From assembly GCA_027036135.1 (NCBI GenBank), contig JALVSY010000007.1:804880-868879 (forward strand): a DNA stretch of 64,000 nt, given 5' to 3'. Positions 53,753 to 63,396 of this stretch are shown here, piece by piece. Numbering within the stretch: the stretch's first letter is position 1; each line of letters starts with the position of its first letter. This stretch comes from Pyrodictiaceae archaeon. Its GTDB lineage: Archaea; Thermoproteota; Thermoprotei_A; Sulfolobales; Pyrodictiaceae. The notes under the pieces were generated by a model. The model ran no database searches. It was not told where the DNA came from and saw only the letters and a list, made by a program, of their open reading frames with translations. Position numbers and translations under genes: made by a program.

Positions 53753-54175
53753 CCCAAGAACCACCTTAATTTACACGATGCCGCCTATATTGCGTATAGT
53801 ATTGGTTCCCTGCTCTATGTTGTAGCGCGTCCTCGGACAGAATATAAGCTTGAAATATTGCCGGAGAAGGTTAGGAATAGAATAATATTCCTAAGCAGTC
53901 TAGATGAGATTATAAACTACGAGCCTAAATCATTCTTCATAGTGCTTGAGACGTATGGTACTAGGTACCTTAACGAGATAGAGGCTCAACCTGATCGAGA
54001 CGTAGTGCTAGTAGTCGGTGCAGAGGATTACGGCATTCCTATTAACGAAGTAGCCAAATTGCCGCATAGTATAGTTGCTAGACTACCTACGAGCGTAGAA
54101 GGCATGAGCTATAATGTTGTCTCATCGCTGGTAATGGCTATTTATGAACTAAAAAGGAGACAGGAGAGTAAATAG
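53726..54175 (+). CDS. SPOUT (TrmH/SpoU-like) RNA methyltransferase
   Basis: VLVVGAEDYGIP and SYNVVSSLVMAIYE knot motifs. Confidence 0.8.
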   Translation: MRVKVLFYHPKNHLNLHDAAYIAYSIGSLLYVVARPRTEYKLEILPEKVRNRIIFLSSLDEIINYEPKSFFIVLETYGTRYLNEIEAQPDRDVVLVVGAEDYGIPINEVAKLPHSIVARLPTSVEGMSYNVVSSLVMAIYELKRRQESK

Positions 54176-54299
54176 TACTCAGCTCTCGCTAGAGGTATTA
54201 GGAGCATAACCCAAGCATATACCTATAGACAAGTAGCTAATAGCTAGGTAAGCTCGTATGAGGTGATGTGGCGTAGGGCAAAGCCTCAAGATAACATTT

Positions 54300-55418
54300 A
54301 TGTCAAGGTACCCGCCAGCGCACTGCGGCGTAGGAGAGTATACACGAATGCTTGTCTCAAGCCTATATTCTATTCACCGAGACCTAGACATACTAGTTTT
54401 GGCTACTGAGCTCTCGGGCATAGAGCAATACCGGGAAGCAACTAGTGGCGCCTATGTCTATCCTGTGCTAAGAGAGAAAAGTAATGATTATACTAGATCT
54501 TTAGACGTATTAGCTGAGAAAAACGGTACTGACATTTTGCACATAGAGCACGAGTATGGTATATTCCGCGACGGATTAGGTCTATTAAGCGTTGTAGAGG
54601 AGGCTAAGAAGGAAAGACTCGCTAAGAAAGTAATAGTAACTCTACATACCGTATATCATCCATCATCTGGACGAAGTGATGCTTTGTTCTTCCAGAAGAA
54701 TCTACGCGCCAGGGCAATAGATGAGATAATAGTTCATAGTAGGCTCCAAGAATTCGAGCTCGAAGCCCAAGGCGTACCCATGGATAAGATCACTAGGATA
54801 CCTCACGGAACACTAATAAATCCTTATATCAGTGCGCCGCGAGATACGCTCTGCAAATCTCTCGGAATTAAAGGAGAGTGGCTCAGCGGCATCATATTAG
54901 TGACTCCTGGCTTCATTAGACCCGATAAAGGACTAGATGTATTACTCAACGCTCTGACCAGTATACGGTTCCCTTACACGTTTATTGTTGCGGGCGAGTT
55001 CAGGGACACAAAAATAAAAGAACTAGTAGAGAATAATAACAACACCATTGTTATCGAGAAATACTTATCACATGACGAGATACTAAAACTGATAGCCCTA
55101 TCAGATATGCTTGTCCTACCATATAAGGACAAGCCAGGCACATACTCAGTTAGCGGTATACTCCACCTATCCATGGGTAGTCTACGGCCCATTATTGGTA
55201 CTAGGGTTCCCCGTCTGATAGAACTCTATACAAGAGCCCCACGTATGTGCGTGACTCCTGGGAGCGCCAAGGATCTCGAGAAGCGCCTCAATTGGGCATA
55301 TGATAACTATGATTTGGCGACAGCCTATATGAGCGAGCTATACGCCTATGCTGCTAGGACTCAATGGATTCGTATGGCTCGGCGCCACTTAGTGCTCTAT
55401 AAAAAGGTTCTTAGTTAG
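54300..55418 (+). CDS. GT4 family glycosyltransferase
   Basis: [54 protein letters not shown]. Confidence 0.9.
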   Translation: MSRYPPAHCGVGEYTRMLVSSLYSIHRDLDILVLATELSGIEQYREATSGAYVYPVLREKSNDYTRSLDVLAEKNGTDILHIEHEYGIFRDGLGLLSVVEEAKKERLAKKVIVTLHTVYHPSSGRSDALFFQKNLRARAIDEIIVHSRLQEFELEAQGVPMDKITRIPHGTLINPYISAPRDTLCKSLGIKGEWLSGIILVTPGFIRPDKGLDVLLNALTSIRFPYTFIVAGEFRDTKIKELVENNNNTIVIEKYLSHDEILKLIALSDMLVLPYKDKPGTYSVSGILHLSMGSLRPIIGTRVPRLIELYTRAPRMCVTPGSAKDLEKRLNWAYDNYDLATAYMSELYAYAARTQWIRMARRHLVLYKKVLS

Positions 55419-55984
55419 AGGGGAAGCCTCGTAAACCTATAGGGCTTTATTATGTTGTAAACTTCTTCCTTGAGCGAGTCCTTAGATATAAAGGCTCCAC
55501 GAATAGCAGCAACAACCGTTGGCGATGGTGACCTTACGCCCCTCATAGTCATGCATAAGTGTATGGCCTCAGTCACAACCATTACATCAGGAGAACCTGT
55601 TGCCTTAATAACCTCGTCTGCTATTTGTTTCGTCATTCTCTCCTGTATCTGAAGCCTCCGCGAATACTTGTGCACTATCTTAACTATCTTACTTAGACCG
55701 ATGACCTTTCCTCGCGGCAAGTAAGCTACATGAGCCACGCCGAAGAATGGTAAGAGATGGTGCTCGCAAAGGCTAAAGAACCTTATACCACTAACCACTA
55801 CAAGGTCACTACTCTCAGTGAACCATGTATATTCCTCTTCAGCATCATATCCTCCTAGTATCTCTTCAAGCATATCAGCTACTCTTTGAGGCGTCTCCCT
55901 TAATCCCTCCCTATCAGGATTCTCACCTATAGCCTCAAGTATCATTCTAACAGCTCGCTTGACCTTCTCCTTGTCGATGTCCAT
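55415..55984 (-). CDS. folE: GTP cyclohydrolase I
   Basis: [46 protein letters not shown]. Confidence 0.96.
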   Translation of the reverse strand: MDIDKEKVKRAVRMILEAIGENPDREGLRETPQRVADMLEEILGGYDAEEEYTWFTESSDLVVVSGIRFFSLCEHHLLPFFGVAHVAYLPRGKVIGLSKIVKIVHKYSRRLQIQERMTKQIADEVIKATGSPDVMVVTEAIHLCMTMRGVRSPSPTVVAAIRGAFISKDSLKEEVYNIIKPYRFTRLPL

Positions 55985-56108
55985 AGGGCTCCCCGCACAG
56001 ATAGCTAGTGCGAGGCCATATTTAACTAACCCTCGTTAAAGGCGGTGCAGCCAAGAAGGTGCTTGTATAAATACTTATATGTACGGGAAGCCGGCTTACT
56101 ATGAGTGG

Positions 56109-56648
56109 ATGAGAGTGATGACAAGCATACATGAACGCGTAGGACCCGGTAAAAACTCTCCAGACCTAGTTAATGTCTTAGTTGAGATACCAATGGGTAG
56201 CAACGTGAAATACGAGTTCGACGAAGAAAAAGAGATTATAAAGGTTGATCGCTTCTTATACACATCAATGGTTTATCCATTTAATTATGGATTCATACCG
56301 GGTACACGAGAGGAAGATGGAGACCCGGTAGACGTATTAGTAATATCAATGCTTCCAGTGCTTCCTGGTACTATTATTGAGGTAAAACCTATAGGTTTAC
56401 TCGAAATGGAGGATGAAGAAGGGCCGGATAGTAAGGTAATAGCTGTACCCAAGGAAAAAGTTGACCCCGTTTATGGAAAAATAAACTCCATCGACGAGTT
56501 ACCGGATGCCATTAAGTCGAAGATTAAGCACTTCTTTGAGCACTATAAAGAGCTTGAGCCAGGTAAGTGGACTAAGGTAACCGGGTTCAAGGGCCCCGAG
56601 GAGGCGAAGAAGAAGATAAAAGCAGCCATTGAGAGGTTCCGAGGCTAA
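56109..56648 (+). CDS. ppa: Inorganic pyrophosphatase
   Basis: [30 protein letters not shown]; start uncertain (56079-56118). Confidence 0.96.
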   Translation: MRVMTSIHERVGPGKNSPDLVNVLVEIPMGSNVKYEFDEEKEIIKVDRFLYTSMVYPFNYGFIPGTREEDGDPVDVLVISMLPVLPGTIIEVKPIGLLEMEDEEGPDSKVIAVPKEKVDPVYGKINSIDELPDAIKSKIKHFFEHYKELEPGKWTKVTGFKGPEEAKKKIKAAIERFRG

Positions 56649-56811
56649 AGGCTCTGAGCTAGTTGGCTCATAGAGCATACTACTTATTTATTAGTTCTTT
56701 AATAGCCGTACTACACGAGGAAGTAAATAAAAACATATATAGTTACAAAATAATGATTTATACACAATAATTTCAATTATTAATAATTTCCTACCAGCAA
56801 GGTGCGCTAAT

Positions 56812-57732
56812 TTGAGGCTAACTCCCACATGCATAGCATGCACGCTTGCACGTCGAGCAGCTGAGCTAGAACAACTAGACATAGATAATAGGAAAAAGCT
56901 TGGAATATACCGAGATCTGCTCGACGCTGTTAACCTCTACATAGGACCCGATATAGAGGTAGCAGTCCTGGAATCAGTTGTGTTTCGCAGGTTTAAGACA
57001 CTTCTAGGAGGTAAGAACGTCTACGAGAACCTGATTAAGGAAAAGATTAATGCTGCTCAAACCAGGGCAAACGAGATCTACGAGATGCTTAAAGAAAAAC
57101 CACTTGAGGAAAAACTCCGCTTAGCCCTATATGCTAGTGCACTTGCAACAGGATATAATGTATTAGATGTGCCGGAGAAAGTTCTCCTAGAGCCTCCAGG
57201 CCCTGCAGATCTAGCCCTCATAGGTTCGTCGATAAAACTTGGTCGCGATGACTCTACGAAATTGATTAAGTACATAAATAGATTAGGAGAGTCCGGCGGT
57301 ACAGTCTATTATCTCTTTGCATCAGTAATGGAGCTCCCCTATGACAAAAACATTATTAGAATTCTTGTTGAGGATTTTGGATTAGATATTGTAGGCATTG
57401 TTAGGGGTGCAAGGTATAGGGATTTTGTCGTTGCTGAGGACTTAGAGAGCTATGGGCTAATAGAATATGTCTCAGAAGTCCTAGATATGGGTAGCGATTC
57501 CTTGACAGTAACTAAGGATGAACATCCACATATATATGGTCAGTTAAATGAGGCATCACTTGTATTCATAAAAGGCTCCGAGCAGGTTATCTATTTCCAC
57601 AATAACCCGCTTAAGTCTCCCAACGTATTAGCCTTTATGGCCCCATGTAGTGTTGTGGCTAGGGCTTTTGATGTACCTCTGAGGAGCCTAAATATAATAG
57701 TACAAAACATTGAGGAGAGTCAGTCAGGATAG
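56812..57732 (+). CDS. DUF89/ARMT1-like protein, degenerate
   Basis: PTCIAC N-terminus and APCSVVARAFDV C-terminus typical of DUF89; metal-binding motifs altered. Confidence 0.7.
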   Translation: MRLTPTCIACTLARRAAELEQLDIDNRKKLGIYRDLLDAVNLYIGPDIEVAVLESVVFRRFKTLLGGKNVYENLIKEKINAAQTRANEIYEMLKEKPLEEKLRLALYASALATGYNVLDVPEKVLLEPPGPADLALIGSSIKLGRDDSTKLIKYINRLGESGGTVYYLFASVMELPYDKNIIRILVEDFGLDIVGIVRGARYRDFVVAEDLESYGLIEYVSEVLDMGSDSLTVTKDEHPHIYGQLNEASLVFIKGSEQVIYFHNNPLKSPNVLAFMAPCSVVARAFDVPLRSLNIIVQNIEESQSG

Positions 57733-57790
57733 GACTTCCTCATCCCTGTCCTAGCTTTTTGGTCAGCCGGGGTTCTATCACTCATCCAGC
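57721..57790 (-). ncRNA. C/D box guide sRNA candidate
   Basis: ATGAGTG-atagaaccccgg-CTGA...ATGAGGA-agtcctatc-CTGA. Confidence 0.6.
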
Positions 57791-57880
57791 ATATTTGGTA
57801 GGTAAGAAATTTCCTTAAATTATACTCTGCCAACTCGTCGCTGTTATTATAATATATAGTATGGGCTAAGATGAGAGAAA

Positions 57881-58645
57881 ATGATGAGAATCAAGGGCTT
57901 TGACCCGGTAAAGCTTGGTCTTCGATTAGAAGAGCTTGTTCAAAGAGGGTCTGATAGGAAGTACTATAGGTTTAGGGGAACAAGGTTCTATGGCGGAAGC
58001 TCTACTGGCGATGTGGTTGGTTGTAATCTTAGATGCATATTCTGTTGGAGCGGGAGAGCTAGGGATGACCCGCGGCTCGGATTCTTCGTTTCACCGGAGC
58101 AGGCATATGATCGGCTTAGCAACATAGCCCGAAGACATAAGTATAGGTATATACGGTTATCTGGTGGAGAGCCAACTATAGGTTGGCGGCATCTCCTTAG
58201 CCTCTTGGACTTCATTGAAAATTCTGATTTCATATTCATACTTGAAACAAATGGAATACTCATTGGCGCCTTGCGTGAGCGTGCACGGTCTCTAGCAAAG
58301 TATAGTAGAATGCATGTACGTGTGTCAATTAAGGCTTGTAACGAGGAATGGTTCGCTAAACTTACTCTAGCAGAGCCCAAGGCTTTTACTTATCAATTAA
58401 TGGCTGTTAATAATCTCTTAGACTATGGTGTTAATTTTCATGTAGCTCTCTTCATGTCCTACGGTGACGACGCTTGCTGGCGAAGTCTCCTAGAGCGCTT
58501 AATCAACATAGCTGGGCAGGAGATAGTAGACCTGCTAGAGCCTGAGTATTTAGTACTCTATCCTAATGTCAAGAAAAGGCTTCAACTATATGAGAAGATT
58601 CTAGGTATAAAACCTAGAGTGGTCTTTGAGCCGAAGAGGCGATAA
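57881..58645 (+). CDS. Radical SAM protein (COG5014-like)
   Basis: FYGG..TGDVVGCNLRCIFCW, RLSGGEPT, FILETNG, HVRVSIK. Confidence 0.9.
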   Translation: MMRIKGFDPVKLGLRLEELVQRGSDRKYYRFRGTRFYGGSSTGDVVGCNLRCIFCWSGRARDDPRLGFFVSPEQAYDRLSNIARRHKYRYIRLSGGEPTIGWRHLLSLLDFIENSDFIFILETNGILIGALRERARSLAKYSRMHVRVSIKACNEEWFAKLTLAEPKAFTYQLMAVNNLLDYGVNFHVALFMSYGDDACWRSLLERLINIAGQEIVDLLEPEYLVLYPNVKKRLQLYEKILGIKPRVVFEPKRR

Positions 58646-59021
58646 CATGCCTAGAATGGATGTCAGTGCGATTGTTAAGCTTAGGGAATCAGTTAATCCT
58701 ATACTAGCGCTAATCGATCCATCGTTTGAGGTACTAGTAAGGTATTCGTGCATAATCTGTGGCGGAAGTCTTTTTAGTAAATATGTTGATAAATCCTTTA
58801 TCGAAGCATTACGGCAAGTTTTTCTAGACTTATATGCTTTATATAATTCATACGTCCCCTGGCTTCTTGTTGACGAGATAAAAATAAGTAAGGGTAATTG
58901 TCCTATAATTCGTAGCCTATTCTGCAATAATATATTATATAACCTTAATAAGAATGAATTAGTTATTAGTGTTGAATGTGATAAGATTCATTATAGGTGT
59001 GTTTTTAAATTAGAGGGCTAG
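58626..59021 (+). CDS. Hypothetical Cys-containing protein
   Basis: AT-rich ORF with CIIC and several more Cys; overlaps the radical SAM stop. Confidence 0.45.
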   Translation: MSRRGDNMPRMDVSAIVKLRESVNPILALIDPSFEVLVRYSCIICGGSLFSKYVDKSFIEALRQVFLDLYALYNSYVPWLLVDEIKISKGNCPIIRSLFCNNILYNLNKNELVISVECDKIHYRCVFKLEG

Positions 59022-59050
59022 AAAACACAGCATGTTCCTCAGAAAGGTGG

Positions 59051-59095
59051 GCTCAGTCATTGCTTTCTGCTCCTCTGTGCGTAACTTCATCATGC
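59051..59095 (-). ncRNA. Short C/D box sRNA candidate
   Basis: Perfect ATGATGA and CTGA with GC/GC ends, but only 30 nt between them. Confidence 0.4.
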
Positions 59096-59169
59096 AGACT
59101 ATACTAATACTAAATCAAACTATATAGGTATCGAACAAAAACTAGAACTATTATATCACTAATGTATAT

Positions 59170-59229
59170 GGGTCAGTGCTGCGCGGTTCCACATTTCTTT
59201 CTTCGGACCTTTCGAGCTTCGTCATTCCC
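59170..59229 (-). ncRNA. C/D box guide sRNA candidate (tRNA-Glu U34 guide)
   Basis: GGG-a-ATGACGA-agctcgaaaggt-CCGA...ATGTGGA-accgcgcagca-CTGA-CCC. Confidence 0.75.
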
Positions 59230-59367
59230 GTATTCTATGTTTTGGGCCGAGCTTACTATTAGTTACTATCATTTTAACATGTGTTTATTCTAGATATACT
59301 CTCTCACTCAGATAATACCTTTAGTCCTAGATACGGCTTTGTATTACTCTATAAGTGGCGTAATACA

Positions 59368-60492
59368 ATGGGTGCATTCAAGCTTATCCTAGGGACACCT
59401 CTACAAGCTATACCGCGTCCTTGGCTATTGCTTCCCATAGAGGGTGTTATGGTGAATGCATATGAGATACTAAGTTATGGGTTGAGCAAGGTAAGGGGGC
59501 GTAACCTTAGAAGAATCCTCGGCATAGATAACACTGATATTGAGCTATGGATAGATAGCGGAGGATATCAATTCCTCTCGCGAGGACTTAACCCAGGTGT
59601 TGATAAAATAGCTAAAGTGTATAGAGAGGTTGATGCTGATTACTATATAAGCTTAGACTACCCCCCGGGCCCAAGGGACGATGAGAAGATAAGGGCTATG
59701 AAAATTGCTAAGACTGTTTCGAGCTTCATGAGTATGAAGAACATGTTGCGAGGATTAATAGAGGAAGGACGCCTAATCCCGGTGTTTCATTTATCCGTGG
59801 GGGAGTCGCTTAGGATACAGCTCAGAGTCTACGAGTCTCATAGCATTACAGCAGCGGTTGGTGGCTTAATTCCGCACTTTATGCAGCTGTCTGGTAAGGG
59901 TTCACGGCTCAAAGCAGTACTATTCTTATTGTTAATGCGTAAGATATGGAGAGGGAAGCTTCACGCGTTAGGCCTTGCATCAGCGGCTATTATACCGTTG
60001 CTTAAGAGTATTGGAATAGATAGTGGTGATACGCAGTCCTGGCGACATAAAGCTGCCTATGGCAAGATTATCATACCGACAATAGGTGAGCGTCATATAT
60101 CTAGCCGGCGCGTAAAATTTGGTCCATCTACTCTTCGCGAGGAAGAGTATCCTCTTTACAGGGAGTATTTGAATAAGGCTTCTCGTATACTACGGAAACA
60201 ACTTAGCCATGAAGACCTGGTGAATAGTTTTGAGGCTAGGGCTTTATTCAACTCATATATATTATTAGAGGTCGCTTCTAATGGCGCAAGATATAGAGGA
60301 CCCAGTAGGGCCTTCATGCGATTATTTGAGAGAATACAGGAGCTAAAGAACCGTGACCCGGGTAGCTTAGAGGAGGAATTAGCCAGACTACTGGAGCTTC
60401 GTGAGGAAGCAGTTGAGTACAGATCTGTGCGGAACGCTGAGAGAAGCACAGTTTCTGTTGGCACTATGGTTACAGAAGCGTCGGTTGCCTAA
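59368..60492 (+). CDS. tRNA-guanine transglycosylase-like (TGT/DpdA superfamily) protein
   Basis: IDSGGYQ, SLDYPP, IPVFH, VGGL, LHALG, DSGDTQSW..AAYG; ATG 59368 preferred over track start 59281. Confidence 0.85.
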   Translation: MGAFKLILGTPLQAIPRPWLLLPIEGVMVNAYEILSYGLSKVRGRNLRRILGIDNTDIELWIDSGGYQFLSRGLNPGVDKIAKVYREVDADYYISLDYPPGPRDDEKIRAMKIAKTVSSFMSMKNMLRGLIEEGRLIPVFHLSVGESLRIQLRVYESHSITAAVGGLIPHFMQLSGKGSRLKAVLFLLLMRKIWRGKLHALGLASAAIIPLLKSIGIDSGDTQSWRHKAAYGKIIIPTIGERHISSRRVKFGPSTLREEEYPLYREYLNKASRILRKQLSHEDLVNSFEARALFNSYILLEVASNGARYRGPSRAFMRLFERIQELKNRDPGSLEEELARLLELREEAVEYRSVRNAERSTVSVGTMVTEASVA

Positions 60493-60608
60493 TCCTATCC
60501 TTTTGTTGGTCGAACCTGGTTCAAGTTCTACTAGATAATAAATACAAGAATTACATTAACGCTGCTTAAAATCGGGTACATTTCTAGTTGTGTAGCCTAG
60601 GGAAGGAG

Positions 60609-62786
60609 ATGGCGCTGTCAAGGATCAATAGCAAGGACTGTGATTACATAGTGGCTCTGGTGGGTGCACCAAATAGCGGCAAAACTACTCTCTTTAACGT
60701 GCTCACGGGGTCTAGTGAGTTTGTTGCTAATTGGCCCGGTGTTACTGTAGACGTACGTGCCGCCGTTATGAGAGTTGATAGTAAGAAGCTCTGTGTCGTA
60801 GACCTTCCGGGTACATATAGCATTAGCGGAGATACGGCCGAGGAAAGGGTCACGCGTAGCTTTCTTGCAGAAAATCCTGTTGACGTTATAGTTGTATTGG
60901 CTGATTCAACCATACTTGAGCGAAGTCTTTATCTACCATTAGAAGTAATGAGCGTTTATGATAATGTCGTGCTTGTATTAACTAAAGCTGATGAGGCAGA
61001 AAAGAAGGGAATCAGTATAGATGTTGAAGGCCTCTCACGCGAACTCGGAATCCCAGTAATAATGATAAGCGCATTGGAGGGTAGAGGCATAGAGGAGCTA
61101 CTGAGAATAATAATGGAATATATCGAATCGAAGCAACGACCTACTCGAAGAATAAAAATAGATTATGGAAGGTTGTCGCCTTATGTAGAGGAGCTTGCAA
61201 AGCACATTCGTAGACTGGGAGTAGATGAGAAAAGGGCGAAATGGTTTGCAGCAGCTCTTATTCAGGGCCATGAATGGGTTATAGAGGAGCTTAAGAAGCT
61301 TAGACACGATAATAAGAGTAATAATGATAATGGAAAAGATATTGAGGAACTAAAGAGGCTTGCAAAGCGTATTCGTGATAGGTTGCGCCAAGAGGGTATA
61401 GAGCCCATTGTTGAGATACCGCGGATATACTATGACTTAGCCGCTGCGCTTTACGAGAAATATGTTAGGAGAAGAGAAGAGGAGGTAAGGCTTTCACGGT
61501 TTGATAGACTGCTTCTACACCCGTTCTTAGGCCCGGTGATTAGCGGGTTAGCCTCTTTCGCAATAATATTGCTAGCCTATATTGTTGCTACTGGCTCACC
61601 TCTAGACTCACTGCTCGATGCTCTTGGGCTTCATAAGGCTGCTCGCCTCGTCTCAGAGTACAGCTTAGTTAACTTAGTAGCTGCTGGAATGAATTGGTTA
61701 GCGAGCATAGTTGAGTCTGCTATACCGAACCCGGTTATAGCTAGGATGATCGGTGAAGGAGTCCTCTCTTCAAGCTATGGTGTAGGGCTTGTAATAAGCT
61801 TCCTCCCCCTCGTAGCAGTCATGATGCTCATACTCGGTGTGCTCGAAGATAGCGGCATCCTAACACGGCTCGCGGCTGGCTTTGACAACGTGCTTAGGAG
61901 ATTCGGTGTTAGCGGAAAAGCCTTGTTCCCAGTACTTGTAAGCTTCGGGTGCAACGTGCCTGGAGTACTCTCTACGCGTATCATGGAGAACGAGGAGGAG
62001 AGAAGAGCAGTTATCTTTGCTCTCCCATTCATCCCTTGTTCTGCAAGGCTCACGGTTATCCTTGCCTTTGCCCATGTTTTCTTCAGCTCAGGTATAGAGA
62101 AGGCACTAGTAGTGCTCGTAGTTTACTCTATAGCTATTACGGCTTTCTTACTCACCCTCCGCCTCTTCGGGTACTTCGAGGGCCTAGAGCCATCAGAGCT
62201 TGTACTAGAGCTTACACCGATTAAGAAACCTAGTATGAGAGTTGTGTGGTGGTTCTTCTGGGATAAGATAAAGCACTTCCTTGTAAGAGCCGGCACAGTA
62301 ATCACAATTGCGAGCATAATTCTCTGGATACTGGCGAGCTACGGTCCTAGCGGGTATCTGAAATACAACGAGACTAGTTATAACCCAGGAGCAAGCTACG
62401 CGGCGAGCATAGGGAAGGCGATGGCTCCTTACGTGGAACCGGTATTTGGTGTCAACGAGTCGCTTGCCTGGAGGATTGGGTTTGGCCTACTAGGAGGCTT
62501 CCTTGCCAAGGAGGTATTTCTTGACTCTCTTGCAGCTGTCTCGCCTATGCATGGCAGTGGAGGGGAATTTGCTACACTGAAAGCATATAGTCTCGATCCA
62601 TGGACCGCATTAGCGCTTTTAATAGCAGTGACCCTCTATGTACCATGCATATCAACTCTAAGCGTAATTTATGCCGAGACACGGAGCGTCAAATTAACTA
62701 CCACTGTACTCCTATACGACCTTAGTGTAGCTAGCCTAGTAGCTCTCATTATAAGGCTTGTTGGTGATCTCTTGGCAATTCTATAA
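60609..62786 (+). CDS. feoB: Ferrous iron transporter FeoB
   Basis: GAPNSGKTTLFN, VANWPGVTV, DLPGTYS, FGCNVP, FIPCSARL, LYVPC. Confidence 0.96.
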   Translation: MALSRINSKDCDYIVALVGAPNSGKTTLFNVLTGSSEFVANWPGVTVDVRAAVMRVDSKKLCVVDLPGTYSISGDTAEERVTRSFLAENPVDVIVVLADSTILERSLYLPLEVMSVYDNVVLVLTKADEAEKKGISIDVEGLSRELGIPVIMISALEGRGIEELLRIIMEYIESKQRPTRRIKIDYGRLSPYVEELAKHIRRLGVDEKRAKWFAAALIQGHEWVIEELKKLRHDNKSNNDNGKDIEELKRLAKRIRDRLRQEGIEPIVEIPRIYYDLAAALYEKYVRRREEEVRLSRFDRLLLHPFLGPVISGLASFAIILLAYIVATGSPLDSLLDALGLHKAARLVSEYSLVNLVAAGMNWLASIVESAIPNPVIARMIGEGVLSSSYGVGLVISFLPLVAVMMLILGVLEDSGILTRLAAGFDNVLRRFGVSGKALFPVLVSFGCNVPGVLSTRIMENEEERRAVIFALPFIPCSARLTVILAFAHVFFSSGIEKALVVLVVYSIAITAFLLTLRLFGYFEGLEPSELVLELTPIKKPSMRVVWWFFWDKIKHFLVRAGTVITIASIILWILASYGPSGYLKYNETSYNPGASYAASIGKAMAPYVEPVFGVNESLAWRIGFGLLGGFLAKEVFLDSLAAVSPMHGSGGEFATLKAYSLDPWTALALLIAVTLYVPCISTLSVIYAETRSVKLTTTVLLYDLSVASLVALIIRLVGDLLAIL

Positions 62787-62790
62787 AAGA

Positions 62791-63267
62791 TTACACTATG
62801 ACTACCGTGTTTCCTCTTCTCCTCTTAAGCTTCCTAAGAAGAGCATGTGCCTGTCTTCTTGTCGGTGTTAATGTATAGGCCTCTCTCTGCGGCGCTGGCT
62901 GTGCTAGAACATAACCCCTTACCGCGACTATTGTTATGCCTATTCCGAGCTTGTTTATCTCCTGCTTGATCCTAGTCAAGTCCTCTAAAAGCTCCTCAGG
63001 TTCCACAAAGGGAATCTCTATCACTGCTTCCTCGGTTCCCCTTTCCTCGTCCAAGCCATACACAACTACTCCCTGCCACTTTCTTGCAAATTCCTCAACG
63101 AGTCGTGTAAGTAGAGCCGTCGCTGGGTTAGGGCTGTACTCGCTCCACCCTCTCTCAGTTACAACATCGCTAAAGCGGTCAAGATCCATTATGACCACTG
63201 TGCCCTCTACAGGAGAGTAACCCTTATAGCCCCGCTTCCGCACCATTTCCACCACTCCTGAAAACAC
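62791..63267 (-). CDS. Stand-alone GGDEF/nucleotidyl-cyclase-like palm protein
   Basis: VVIMDLDRF first strand and RGTEEAVI at the position of the GG(D/E)EF hairpin. Confidence 0.55.
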   Translation of the reverse strand: MFSGVVEMVRKRGYKGYSPVEGTVVIMDLDRFSDVVTERGWSEYSPNPATALLTRLVEEFARKWQGVVVYGLDEERGTEEAVIEIPFVEPEELLEDLTRIKQEINKLGIGITIVAVRGYVLAQPAPQREAYTLTPTRRQAHALLRKLKRRRGNTVVIV

Positions 63268-63396
63268 GTAAGCACCCCGCTTCTGTAACGTTGTGTTCTT
63301 GTAATTTTCCCCACTACTTTCTAAACAGTTAACGATTACGTTAAAAACTCTGCTGCAACAAATCTATCTACATGGACAGAACCAGAGGTGTAACTC

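Noticed and set aside
57881-58645. Radical SAM gene as queE or moaA
   Set aside because: It lacks the QueE-type QGEG/FVR N-terminus and the MoaA C-terminal cluster; left as an uncharacterised radical SAM.
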